From positions 100,132,001-100,196,000 of the forward strand of contig NC_087472.1 in assembly GCF_036321535.1 (NCBI RefSeq): DNA of 64,000 bases. The letters run 5' to 3'. The position numbers and the translations under genes were made by a program. How positions within the stretch are numbered: position 1 is the stretch's first letter; each line of letters opens with the position of its first letter. This document shows, one piece after another, positions 12,901 to 25,328 of this stretch. Source of the DNA: Camelus dromedarius (Eukaryota). A model generated the notes under the pieces. The model was given only the letters and a program-made list of their open reading frames with translations. It made no database searches and had not been told where the DNA came from.

Positions 12901-15198
12901 CTCTACTGACTTTGGGTTTTGTTTGTTCTTCTTTCTCTAGCTGCTTTAGGTGGAAGGTTAGGTTGTTTACTTGAAATTTTTCTTGTTTCCTGAGGTAGGC
13001 TTGTATCTCTATAAACTTCCCTCTGAGAACTGCTTTTGCTGTGTCCCAGAAGTTTTGGATCTTGTTTTCATTTTCATTTGTCTCAAAGTATTTTTTGATT
13101 TCCTCTTTGATTTCTTCAGTGATCCATTGGTTGTTTGATAGCATTGCTTAGCCTCCACATGTTGCAGGGTTTTTTTTTTTTTTTTTTTTGTAGTTGATTT
13201 CTAACCTTATAGTATTGTGTTTAGAAAAGTTGCTTGGTATGATTTCAGTTTTCTTAAATTTGCTGAGAGTAGCTTTGTGGGCCAGCATGTGGTCGATTCT
13301 GGAGAATGTTCTATGTGCCCCTGGGAAGAATGTGTATTCTGTTTTTGGATGGAATGCTATACAAATGTCAGTTAAGTCCATCTGGTCTAAAGTGTTATTT
13401 AGGGCCTATATTTCCTTATTGATTTTCTGTCTGGATGATCTGTCCATTGATGTAAGTGGAGTGTTAAGGTCCTCTACAATTATTGTGTTATTGTCGATTT
13501 CTGCTTTTATGTCTGTTAACAAGTGCCCTATATATTGAGGTGCTCCTATGTTGGGTGCACATATACTTACAATTGTTACAGCCTCTTCTTGGATTGATCC
13601 CTTAAGCATTATGTAGTGTCCTTCTTTGTCTCTTGTAACAGTCTTTATTTTAAAATCTACTTTGTCTGGTAGAAGCATTGCTACTCCAGCTTTCTTTTAG
13701 TTTCCATTTGCATGGAATATCTTTTTCCATTCCCTTACTTTCAGCCTGTATGTGTCTCTAGCTCTGAAGTGGGTCAGTCTCTTGTAGACAGCATATATAT
13801 GGGTCTTATTTTTGTATCCATTCAGTCAGTCTGTGTCTTTTGGTTGGAGCATTTAATCCATTCACATTTAAGGTAATTATCAATACATATGTTCTTATTG
13901 CCATTTTGTTCATTGTTTTCGGTTTGTTTTTGCAGGTCTTTTTTTTTTTTTTTTTTTTTTCCTCTTTCTTCTTCTCTTCTTGTGCTTTGATGACTAGAGA
14001 AGTTCCTTTAACATTTGTTGTAAAGCTGGTTTGGAGGTGCTGAATTCTTTTAGCTTTTGTTTATTTGTGAAGCTTTTGATTTTTCCATCATATCTAAATG
14101 AGAGCATTGCTGGGTAGAGTATTCTTGGTTGTAAGTTTTTCCCTTTCATCACTTTGAATATGTCGTGCCACTCCCTTCTGGCCTGAAGAATTTCTGCTGA
14201 AAAATCAGCTGATAACCTTACGGGAGTTCCCTTGTATATTACTTGTTGCTTTCCTCTTGCTGATTTTAATATTCTCTCCTTATCCTTAATTTTTGTTGAT
14301 TTGATTATTATGTGCCTTGGTGTGTTCCTCTTTGGGTTGTTCCTGTGTGCTTCCTGGACTTGGGTGACTGTTTCCTTTCCCAAGTTAGGGAAGTTTTCAG
14401 TTATTATCTCTTCAGAATTTTTCTCAGATCTTTCTCTCTCTCTTTCTAGGTCCCCTATAATTCGAATATTAGTGTACTTTATGTTGTCCCGAAGTTCTCT
14501 TAAACTATCCTCATTTCTTTGTTCTGCAGTAGTGATTTCCACTAATCTGTCTTCTAGCTCACTGATCCGTTCTTCTGCCTCATTTAGTCTGTTCTTGGTT
14601 ACTCCTAGTGTGTTATTCATTTCAGTAATTTTATTCTTCAACTCTGGGTATTCTGTATATTTTCCAACTCTTTGCTCAAAACGTCGTTCTGTGCATGTAT
14701 ACTCCTCTTGAGTTCTCTGAACATTTTCACCATCAATACTCTAAACTCTTCCTCAGATAAATTGCCTATCTCCTCATTACTTCTTTCTTTTTCTGGGATT
14801 TTATCTTGTGCCTTGGTCTGGAAGATATTCCTCTGCCACCTCATATTGTCTGTCTTTCTATCTGTATTTTTAGGTAGGTTAGTTACATTTCTTGACCTTG
14901 GAGAAGTGGCCCTCTGTGGGAGACTTACTGTGTGTCTCTTGTCACCCGAGGGCCAGGGTCCAGGCGGTCCCAGTGTAGAGTCTGGCCTGTGTTTGTGGAT
15001 TCCTTCCACAGGCTTTGGGGCTGTTGTTTTCTTATTTCTAGTATCTGCCCCTGGTGGATGAGGCTGGACTGGAGGAGTGAGTGCCTGCCCACTGCTGGGT
15101 GCAGCTTGGTTCTAGACCTCTGGTGGGTAGGGCCATGTCTAGAGGCATTTGTGGCTCAGGAAGTTGGCAGATGAGTGGGGCTGTGTTCCCACCCAGTC
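9987..15198 (-). mobile_element. Near-full-length LINE-1 (partial 5' UTR, ORF1, ORF2, atypical 3' tail), decayed
   Basis: ORF1 pieces at 14638-15009 and 13994-14641 (RLSADFSAEILQARREW). ORF2 endonuclease pieces at 13148-13678 and RT pieces at 11374-12171 ([17 protein letters not shown]). TSD TGTTTATTTTACCAATA at 9970-9986 and 15199-15215. Confidence 0.95.
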
Positions 15199-15599
15199 TG
15201 TTTATTTTACCAATATCTTTTTAAGGGACACTTGGATGTATAGTTTTTTGTTGTTGTTGTTTTTTGTTTTTTTACTACCAAGCTGCAATGAATAACTTGA
15301 TACATGTGCCATTTAATACGTCTGTAGGTGTATTTGTGATTAGGTAGTCAAGAGTGGTATTTGTGTATTAAAGAAGAAATGTACCTATAATTTTGGTAGA
15401 TAGTGTCAGATTCCTATCCGTGGGTTATCCTGTTGTCTTTCTTTACAGCCTCACTAACGAAACAGGTGGCCAATCTTTTGGACTCTTGTTAATCTGATGT
15501 GTGAGACATGGTATCTCAATTAATTATAGTTTGTATTTCTCTTATTCTGAATGAAGTTGAGAATATTTCCCTTTTTTTCTGAAAGCTATCTATCTGTAA

Positions 15600-16880
15600 C
15601 CCTTCCCCCCTTGTATCTTACTGGTTTATGCGTCTTTGGGGGAGGGTCTTGATTTCTGTGCCATCTTTCTGTATTTGGGCCCGAACCCTTGGTCTTTTGT
15701 TCGGATTGGATGATTTCTGTTGAACTATCTTTAAGTTCACCGACCCCTCTCTTATCTCCATTCTTCTTATGAGCCTATCTAGTTTGTTTTTTCTTTTGCT
15801 TATATTTTCCATTCCTCAGATTTCCATTTGGTTCTTTATTTGTTGAGACTTTCTATTTTTTCCATTCTTTTCAGGAGTGTTTGCCCTCAATTCTTGCAGA
15901 CTTTTTACAATAACTGCTTTAAAGTCATTGTCAGATAATTCTGATGTCTGTGTCATGTTGTCACTGGAGTCTGTTGGTGGTCTTTTCCCATGTGAGTTGA
16001 AACTTTCCTGCTTCTCTGAATGTCAAGCAATTTAGGATTATATCCTGAACGTTTGGAGTATTATTATGAGATTCTGGCCCTTGTTTATAAAGCCCATGGA
16101 GTCTGCTGACATTTTTGCTTTAGCAGGCAGTCAGCCTAGTTGGTTCAAGCTGCCAAGTTTTATTTCAGTTGTGTCAATTCCGATTTCAGATCCTTTTTAG
16201 TGCTGTTCAGCCTTGTGCTTTCTGGTTTACTGGGGCTCCCCTTTGCAGTCCCGTGGCCAAAAAGCTGGGGCTTCTCTTACCCCACTTGGCCTCACTCTTC
16301 CCACAACTGGCCCATGTCTGAAACCAGGAGTTTAGAAACAGAAAAAAAAAAGCAGTGGAGATTTACCACCACCACCCTTGGGACCACAGCTCCTCCAATC
16401 AGAGCAAAAGATTCCCTTCTCTGAGCTCCAGGCACCTGTAGGCCCCCACTACCACTGACTACCTCTGCTTCACCACTGTGGGACTGCAGGGGGCCTGGAG
16501 GTGCAAGAGAACAGAAAAAAATGAAAAATAGTAGAGAATTTCCCTCACTCTCTCTGAGCATTAGGAGTCCCCTTTCCTGCCTTTTTAAAAATGTTTTTAA
16601 GAGGGCTTCTCCTGGTGCTGTGTCCTTACCCAACAGCCACTGCTGGGTTTTAGGCTGCCTTTAGTCCAGGCTGGGGGAGCCTGGGGGAAAGTGTGAAACT
16701 TGCTGTTGATTTGGTGGTACTTTGAAATTTGGTTGTCTTCTCCAATCAGCTTGCTACCACTTACTTTTCATACTCCTAAAATAGCTATTCCATCCATTCT
16801 GTCCAGCTTTTATAGCTGCACTCATGGAGAGAGACAGGGTGGAGTGTATGTATTCCCTCTTACTTGGAACCAAACTCAAA
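15600..16880 (-). mobile_element. Old L1M 5' region (ORF1 remnant and 5' UTR)
   Basis: ORF1-like remnant in track ORF 15618-15812; L1M 5'-end motifs (taactgctttaaagtcattgtcagataattc). Confidence 0.55.
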
Positions 16881-17272
16881 CTTGTATCATTAAATGTTGT
16901 GAGGATTGGTCATGCAGCAGTAGTAACCAGAATACAGTAAAGCATCTCTGTGTCATATCAATCAAGCTTACCAGTAAGCAAAAATATCCCCAGTGCCCGC
17001 TGCGTTGTATCAGACCAGTTCTGTCCATATGTGATACTCTGTGTGGCTGTTAAGGCTCGGGGCAAAGGAATTAGAATAAATGGGAAAAAAGGAGATGGTT
17101 GACATCATAAAGGTGCTTGATTGGCCTCCAACATACCCTTCCAAATATCTTGATTGTGGGCTGAGACCAAAGGTCACTTTGATGTTTAGAATGACCATAG
17201 GATTGTCATTGGATCTCACGAAGCTAAAGTTTCAAGACTTATTGGATGGGTTCATTAAAAAACATATTCTCA

Positions 17273-17460
17273 GGGGAGGATATAGCTCAAGTGGTAGAAC
17301 ACATGCTTAGCATGCACAAGGTCCTGGGTTCAATCCCCAGTACCTCCTCTAAAGTTAAAGAAACCTAATTAACCACCCCCCAAAAATAAGTAAAAATTAA
17401 AAAAAACTGTCACCATAAAACACCCCACAAAAACAGAATAAAACAAACAAACAAAAAACA
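17273..17460 (+). mobile_element. Vic-1-like SINE with extended A-rich tail, inserted in the EIF5 pseudogene
   Basis: GGGGAGGATATAGCTCAAGTGGTAGAACACATGCTTAGCATGCACAAGGTCCTGGGTTCAATCCCCAGTACCTCC. The eIF5 frame (FIKK.VLCPE) resumes after it. Confidence 0.9.
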
Positions 17461-18345
17461 CCATGTTTTCTGTCCTGAGAATGAAAATCTTGCATCCAAA
17501 ATACTTGTCCTTGCTAAGTAATTTTTGTAAAGCCTGTGGCTAGTGAGGCATGCTTGATGGAGATCATAAACGCTGCATATTCATTCTCAAAGAACCACCT
17601 AAGAAAAAGGAAATTGGTACATGGGAGAAAAAAAAGGAAATTAGAAGGGATAAGGACAAAGGAAAGTGGCCCTTCATCCAGCAGTGAGTCACTACCACCA
17701 CCGGATGAACTCAGTTCCCCTCCACAGGCTGTAGGGATGGACACCACTTGAGAAGCTTAGAGCACAGTATGGGTTAAAAATCAGCGGTCATGCAAAAGTC
17801 CTGGCACCTCACGATGATCTTGAAGGAGCAATTGAGTTTTTTAAGAAAAAGAAAGAGGGTATTATTGTTGAAGCAGATGTTAAAGTCACGGGTCCTCTGG
17901 TGTTGACTGATGGTCATTTTAATCAGACGATCAGAGAGCAAATTAAGAAATTTCCTACAGTTTTGACACTCTTAACAGAAGAGCTCAGCAGTACCCTCTT
18001 CACAGTTTGCAGTGTGCGGTAGCAGTACGTCAAGCTCTCCTCGTCTCTAAAATTGTCGACATCTTGAAGGCGATGTATGACACAGACCTTTTAGAAGAGG
18101 AGGTCATTATCTGCTGGTCAGAAAAGCCTTTAAGAAAGATGTCTCAAAACACTTGCCAAAGAGAGTCATGTCAAAGCAGATTCCTTTTTAAAAGAATTGA
18201 AGGAAGCTGAAGAGGAGCTGTCAGGTGACAAAGGTGAATATATGATGTAGTCTATTCGAAGGCTGCCAGGGAACCCACAGTTGGAACTGAAAGGTGTAAC
18301 ATCATGGATGACGGTGATGAAATTGTTACTATTTAAAGTGATGAA

Positions 18346-18479
18346 CTATATTCAGTTTCTTATAATAACATATAACGGGAAAGAATCTGAAAAAACATGT
18401 ATAACTGAATTGCTTTGCTGTACACCTGAAACTAACATTGTAAACTGACTATGCTTCAATAAAAAATACAATTTAGAAT
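18346..18479 (+). mobile_element. Short L1 3' end inserted just after the EIF5 pseudogene stop codon
   Basis: ctttgctgtacacctgaaactaacattgtaaactgactatgcttcaataaaaa; TSD AAGTGATGAA at 18336-18345 and 18480-18489. Confidence 0.85.
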
Positions 18480-19659
18480 AAGTGATGAATGAACCCAAGT
18501 TTGCATTATAATGCTGCACATTTTTTTTGCTTTGTTGGTTGGAAGAGCAGCATATAAGTGTATAAATACATGACTTAAATGTGTAAATACATGACTTAAA
18601 TCATGTTACACTTTATATTACAAATACTTCGCTGTGAGTGGTCTGAAATTAAGCCCAATGAGTCCGTTCACCTCAGTGAGTAAATGGTTTGCTTGTATAT
18701 GGCATGTTTCTTTTGAAAAAACTAGTAAGTGGACACATCTCAGTCATAATTAAAAAGTATAAAAATGATTTTTTGGGCCATTGTTACAAAAAAGATACTA
18801 AAAAGCAAAAGATAGGGGACCAGATATAGGTTCCTGATGGCCCCACTCTTCCCCACCCCACTTCCCAGTTGAAACTTGATACTCCAGGCAACTAGTACCC
18901 GTCCCATGTGGTGCTTGGTTAGGATTTGTTGACCTCCTGACACTGAATTGGTCAGTTATCTCCTCCTTACAAGATGGGAAAATTGAGTTTAAATGACACT
19001 TCACAACATTCTTTCCATTGACCTGCCCTCAAGTATGTTGGAATTGAGCAGCAGTGGATGAAGTAAGATCTAAATTATGGTAGGAGTTAGTAGAGATGCC
19101 TTCTGTCCAGTAAATCTATGCTTTGTTGTTTTTAGGTAGATTTTAGATGACCAACGTTGCCATAAATCCAATCAGGTTTTGTCAGATATGTCTTTGGCAG
19201 GAAAATTATTCTAAAGTCTAGTTTTCATTTAGACACAGCCAGTCTTTCTTATATGCATTATATCTTTTTTTCTGCTAGGAGTGAGATAGGTTTACAGATA
19301 ACCTAGAATAAGCTGGAATATATTTAAAGAACTGGTATGAGCCAGTACAATCCCAGGATTACGATATGGGAAATCATTTGCTATCATATCATTTTATTGA
19401 CTAAGGCTTTGCTTTGGAAATCAGATACTTTTAAACTCCAGTAGAAATTGCAGTTTTACTTAGTACTTTTAAGACATTTCACTAAAATAATGTTCAAAAA
19501 TTTTTAATGAACTAAAATCTTCTATATCATTTCTTATTTCATAGAAACATGTAGTAGGATAATTATAATTCATTCTTGCTTGAAGGATGCTTGGCTTTTA
19601 AATTCAGACACTTTCCTACTAAGAGTAGATTTTAACGGGAGCCTTGGCATTTTGCAGTC

Positions 19660-19700
19660 CCTGATGTGGTACCCTGATGTGGGGTCTCTGATGTGGTATC
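19660..19700. repeat. Three imperfect copies of an approximately 13-bp unit (CCCTGATGTGGTA)
   Basis: ccctgatgtggta ccctgatgtggggt ctctgatgtggta, read directly. Confidence 0.8.
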
Positions 19701-22700
19701 ACTTCTCAAGGTTTGTTAAGCCAAGATAGGTGTGTGTGTGTGTGTGGGGGGGTGTGGTCCATTATCAAGGAGGATGTTTTGTTCTGTGCAGGCTTCTCCC
19801 CTGAGACTCGCCTACACGGAGGGGGGAGGGGGGACTAGAAGGTAATTGGAGCACAGGGTGCATTTGTAAATGAAAATCTGAATTTTCTACCTGCCTTTTT
19901 CACTGTGATCTGTTTGCCTAGGATTGATTGAACTGTTTTGCGTCTCCCTCCCTGCTAGTGGCTGGGTTTGCGAAAGGAAGTCTGGAAAGTGGTGAGCCTC
20001 ATCCGGGCCCTGGGGGGCTCAGTTTGAGCCCTGACTCTGTCGTGCCCTGGCTGTGTGACCTTGGGTGAAATGTTGCTCTCTCTCTGCTTCATTTCCCCAC
20101 CTGCATGTGGAACCAGTTACTAACCCTGCCTGCCTCACAGGGTGCTTCTGAAATTCAACTGAGATGTCTGTGGAGGTGTTTTTTAAATGGCAAAGCAAGT
20201 GACCATTGTGATGATTAAAGCTTTTAGGTAATTTATAGTGTCTTTAGGAAAAACCCCTCAATTTTGCATATATAATAAAAAATTCCAATCTGATATTTTA
20301 TCATATTTATCATTTATAAGTCTGATAACTTAGTGTCTTAAAAGTTCTAAAAATAAGCTGGTTGAATATTGTTGTGGTATAAATTCTCCAAGTAAACTCA
20401 GTCAACTGGCCTGAGTGACAAATGGCAGGCAAAAATGCCAACTTTGGGTTTGAGGCATTTTTCCGGTTGAACACGAATCACTTAGAATTTTTTTGACTAG
20501 CAGTGTCAGTCTGTCCTATTTCAATGAGGCACTGAGAAAAGTCTCCATCTCCACTCTCGGTGGAGCCACAGAGGGGCTCCTTAGTGGAGGTGGTGAGGCC
20601 AGGGTACAGGTCCCAGCCCAGAACGTTGAGAAGGTAGAGGAAAGAAGGAAGTCATATCACCAGGTCAAAATTTAATCTACTTGGCAATAAGCTACTCCAC
20701 CAAGTTGCTGCTTTCCTATGAAAATGACCTGCATGACGTGGGGCTGCAGTCCTTCATACCTGCCCTCTGCCCCTTCCCACTGCTTTTCTTTGTCTTTCTT
20801 TTCTGTTCGCTTCCTTTCCTTTATTAAGCAGTTATAGCCGTCCCCATGGCCTTGGAATTAGCATCTGTGTTGCCATTTCTTAATAACATCACTAGGAAAC
20901 ACATTCCTTTTAATTTGAGTAGGTAAAAGAGTCCAGGGAACAATCAAATAGGCAGAATGCCTAATTTATTCAGCGGCATTGTGGTTTTTGACTCTGAGCA
21001 AATGTCTGTGGGGAGTGGTTATCCACTGGAGATAAATTAACCAGACTTGGTTGTAAAAGTGTTTCCTCAGCATATACATTTGTCCTTTCTTGAGCAGTAA
21101 CCTCTAAAGGGTGAATTGGGATATGATAGTCTCTTGTTTAATCTCCTAATGTTTATTTTTTTAAGATAACAATAAGACATTGATGCTGTGGTTGTTTGTC
21201 TTTTTTCTCTGAGTTCTTTTTAAATTTATTTTTTATTGAAGTGAAGTCAGTTTACAGTGTGTCAGTTTCCAGTGTACAGAATAATGTTTCAGTCATACAT
21301 ATAACACATATGTGAAAAATGAGTTCTTTTAACAAAACATAGTGAAATATTTGAGGATGAATGATATGATATCTGGGATTTGCTTTAACATAGTATAGAA
21401 GAGGGTGGTGTGGATGACAGTAGAGGTGAAACAAGGCTGGCTGAGTTGATAATTGTTGAGGGAGGTGAGGGGTACAGGGGGCTTCATTATTCAGTTAACT
21501 TTGATATATGTATTTGTTCTTTTCCATAATAAGTTAAAAAAAAAAAAACCTACCATAGGTTTCCCATTGCCTCAAGCTAGTGTTCAACCCTCTCAACTTG
21601 GCCTTCAGACTCTTTCACTGCCTGCCACCTACTAACCCTTCCAAGTTCATCTGCTCAGGTGTTCTGGTCCCGTGAAATGATTTGCAGTGGCCCCAACATG
21701 TGCACCCCGCCTTACCCCTGGCCCTTCGCACTTGCTGCCTTCTCTCCCTGTGACTCTTTTTCCTTCCCATTCCATCTCCCCATCCACACCCTAATTTGCC
21801 TGCCTCTTATGGAGCCTCAGGTTCCAGACCTTCCTTGACCACCCTCGATCCGAATGTGGGTTCGGTACCCTCCCAGGGGTGCCTCATCCCCTCACTGGAG
21901 CCCTCCTCACCCTGATTTCAACCACCGCTTCCTTCGCATCACCCAGTGTATTATACGTTGTTTTGAGGAGAGGGATTATTTCTTGTTCACACTTCTATCC
22001 CTAGCACAGAGCACAATGCCTGGCATGTAATAGGCAACCTACAAGTTAGAGAATAAAAGGCACATCCAGGGCTTACTGATGCTCGGGCTCAGGTCCTCCA
22101 GTGCCTCTGCCCAGAGCCAGTGGTGCCTGGCACTGACACAGCTTCTGTCTGCCCTGTTTCTTCATGCCCCTGTTCACCTCGCCTCTGTTCTGTTTCATTG
22201 GGATTTTCAATGACTTCCTGTGAGTCACAGCAGCACGAGCATGTGTTTGGACATTACTTCCCAAAGTTTCTGCTCCACATAGTGGGAAAAGTCCAGCCAA
22301 ACTTGGAGCTCTGCTACTCTCTCAAAAATGACGAGATTTGAAATGGTGTCCAGTGCTGCCAGGCAAATTTAAACATGCTCTTTATTGATGTGCTGTGTTG
22401 CTTCTCTGTTTTGAATAAGGTGTCTCTTGGACACAACTCCAGGGGCATTTGATCTGTGTTGTCGAGTTGATGGTGGACATGTGCACCAGGAACATGGTGC
22501 AGGAGTGTTCATTACACCAGTTTGAACTAGGAAAAGAAAAAAATGAACAAAATGTCTTTAGGCAGGATGGATAAAGAAATTGCCATCTAGTTACCATATA
22601 TGCTGAAGTGAGAATGCATGAACTTAGAGCTAGACAAGCTGGTTGTTTCACACCAAAAACAGCAAGTCAAAAAATACATACAGTATAACACTACTTATAT

Positions 22701-23079
22701 AAAGTTCAAAGACATGTAAAACTAAACAATGTACTGTCTAGGAATTCATACAGTATAGTAATATGTAATATGTTTACACAGATATATGCAAAGAACTGAT
22801 AAATAGAAAGATCAGGATAGAGGTGTTCTCTAGGCAGGAGGGAGGAGACGGGTTTAGGGGGAGGCAGTACAGATAATGCTTTGTTTCTTGGGCTGCATGG
22901 TGGATGCATGAGCTTTCATTTCATTATACTTTATACTTTGTATATAAGCTAAATATATTCTTTGGATATGATATGTTTCTTAATAAAATAAATCCAGCAA
23001 TTTTTTCAAAGTGCTGAGGCTACTCTCTCAGCACTTTGAAGAAGGAAGAGTTTTTTGGTTTTTGTTTTTTATTCTTGTT

Positions 23080-24335
23080 CCCCAGTTGATGGACATTTGA
23101 TTATCTCCACTTTCTGGTTATTATTCATACTATTGCTATAAACACTCAAGTACAAGTCTTTGTGTTGGAAATATGTTTTCATTCCTTTTGGGTAGATACT
23201 TAGGAGTGGAATTGCCAGATCATATAGTAAATATATGTTGAACTTTTTAAGAAACTATCAAAATGATATCCAAGGTGGTTGTACCATTTTGCATTTCCAC
23301 CAGCAATGAGAGGTCTGGCTATTTCACATCCTGACCAATACTGTATCCATTCTAGTAAGTATGAAGTGGTATCTCATTGTGGTTTTATATTTTCCTGTGA
23401 TTAATGATGTTGAGCATCTTCTCATGTGCTTATTAGCCATTCATGGTCTTCTTTGGTGAAATGTCTATTCAAATCTTTTGCTTAGTTTTTAGTTGCATTT
23501 TTTGTCTTATTAGTTAGAGTTCTTGGTATATTCTGAAAGCAAGGCCCTTAACAGAGACCTTACCAATTATTTCTTTTATGGCTCATGCTTTTGGTGTTGC
23601 ATCTAAGAACTCTTAACCTAACCTGAGGTCACAAAGAATTAATCCTATGTTTCCTTTGAAAAAGTTTTATAGTTTTGGCTCTTACACTTCTCTCTGATCC
23701 ATTTTGAGTCGATTTGTTTGTCTGGTGTGAGGTAGGGGTCCAATTTCTTTTGCATGTGAATTTCCAGTTGTTTCAGCACCATTTCTTAAAAAGATGATTC
23801 TTTCCCCATTGAGTTGTCTTAGCACCTCTGTCAAAATCAACTGATTATAAATATAAGGGTTTGTTTCTAGATTTGAAATTATATTCCATTCATCTGTATT
23901 TTACCCTTATGCCAGTGCCACACTGTTTTGACTACTGTACCTTTATAGTGCATTTTGAAATTAGGAAATCTGGTTCCCCCAACTTTGTTATTTATTTTCA
24001 ACATTGTTTTGGCCATTTGGGGCCACTTGCAATTCCGTATGAACTTTAGAATCAGCTTTTCCATTTCTACAAAAAAGGCCATTGGAATTTTGATAGTGAT
24101 TGCACTGTATCTGTATATCATTTGGGTGTGCTGACATCTTAAAATAGTAAGTCTTCCAATACAAAAACACAGGTATCTTTCCATTTATTTAAGTCCTCTT
24201 TAATTTCTTTCAGCAATGTTTTATTGCTTTCCATGTATAAGTCTTTTACCTTCTTGGTTAAATTTATTCCTGGATATTTTGTTATTTTGGATATTTCTGT
24301 AAATGAAATTGTTTTCTTAATTTTCTTTTTAGGAT
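23080..24335 (-). mobile_element. Old L1 ORF2 3' part
   Basis: Track ORFs 23879-24184 (IYRYSAITIKIPMAFFVEMEKLILKF) and 24139-24357 ([15 protein letters not shown]). Confidence 0.88.
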
Positions 24336-24894
24336 TTATTTTTAAAAAACACTTCACAAAAATCTCTAATACTTATCATATTTTACTTCATAATTCAATA
24401 TTTGAGTTAAAAATGTAATGCAGTATTATATAAAAGTCCTAAAATTTGGATATATCCTAGTATAATGTTATCAGTCATAAGTCTAGTTATTACCTAAAAA
24501 TGTTTGTTACAGAGATAATGAAATTTCCCTGTTAATTCCACTGTAATAAAATGGGTCTTTAATAATAAAAAAAAATGTAATTCAGTTTTTGAATTCAGAA
24601 TTCCATAAAAATGACTTCTTTTCTTATATTATTCTCATCCATTTTAATTCTTACACTATTTTCTACAGCTTTAGAGATAACAAAGATAGCCACTTTCAGG
24701 GTTTTATTACTTCAGAAGATGTGTTTTTATAATGAAAGATCAAGGTTGTGCCTTTGTAAAAATAGAGCTAACCCTGAGAGACTACTTGATTAAACCTTGG
24801 AACTTCCTGGTAGTTTGTTATTATTATACATAGTCCACAGGCATTCTTTGTTTTAATTTTCCTTTGTAAAAATAACCATACCTTCAAAGTTACA

Positions 24895-25328
24895 GTGTAT
24901 TTTGCAGGTTGATTCCCCCCAGGAAGTGGGCTCTGATACTGAGTTTAGTGAACAGGAGATTTACTGAGGAGTGCCCTTGGGAGGATCACTGAGGAAGAGG
25001 AGGGAAGGAAGCAGGACTGGGTAGAGAGAGAAATCAAGCTGGGAGACATGTTCAGGGACAGCCTTGGCTGACCCCATGGGGAACTCTGAGCTGGAATGAC
25101 CTTTCTGAGTAGTTCTGAGTTGGGATGAGATGGCCAAGCCTTTATACTCCTGCATCCATCCCTCATTGGAAGGAGTGTGACTTTGGGTGGGGTGCTCTCT
25201 GTAGCTGAGGCAGTCCCAGAAGAGGCTGACAGCAGGGAGTGAGAGCTGCAGTGTTTCCAGTAGCTGGGGTAACACGTCCTTCCTTGAAGAGGGTCTGAAT
25301 GTGTGCCTGAGCCTGAGTGTTCACCATA
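24895..25328. mobile_element. Ancient ERVL-class solo LTR (LTR16/LTR33-like)
   Basis: gcaggttgattcccccaggaag...ctctga...tttactgaggagtgcccttggga resembles recalled consensus of these families. Confidence 0.55.

Larger units (their letters stand above)
16935..18745 (+). pseudogene. EIF5: EIF5 processed pseudogene (5' UTR end, whole CDS span, part of 3' UTR), heavily decayed
   Basis: Intronless. Recognisable eIF5 motifs: SDQF, MVDIIKVLDWPPTYPSKY, FQDLLDGFIKK, CKACG, PLVLT and ILKAMYDTDLLEEEVIICWSEK (W2 domain). The start codon has become ATA (16984-16986) and the stop TAA is at 18334-18336. It has many indels and is interrupted by a SINE and an L1 tail. The 3' UTR homology may run on to about 19.65 kb, which I cannot confirm. 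Confidence 0.92.

Noticed and set aside
4071..14711. Hydrophobic + strand ORFs (4071-4610, 11588-12031, 14232-14711 and others) as membrane proteins
   Set aside because: They are antisense frames of A-rich L1 coding sequence.
17273..17345. tRNA gene
   Set aside because: It has A and B boxes but continues into a SINE body and A-rich tail, and occurs five times in the window with TSDs, so it is a SINE.
16935..18336. Functional EIF5 gene or retrogene
   Set aside because: No ATG, many frameshifts and deletions, and a SINE inside the coding span.
18557..18601. Direct repeat TAAATACATGACTTAAAT present twice
   Set aside because: A small local tandem duplication in the pseudogene 3' UTR with no sign of function.
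19660..19700. CRISPR-like or regulatory repeat array
   Set aside because: Three adjacent 13-14 bp units with no spacers, an ordinary slippage repeat in mammalian DNA.
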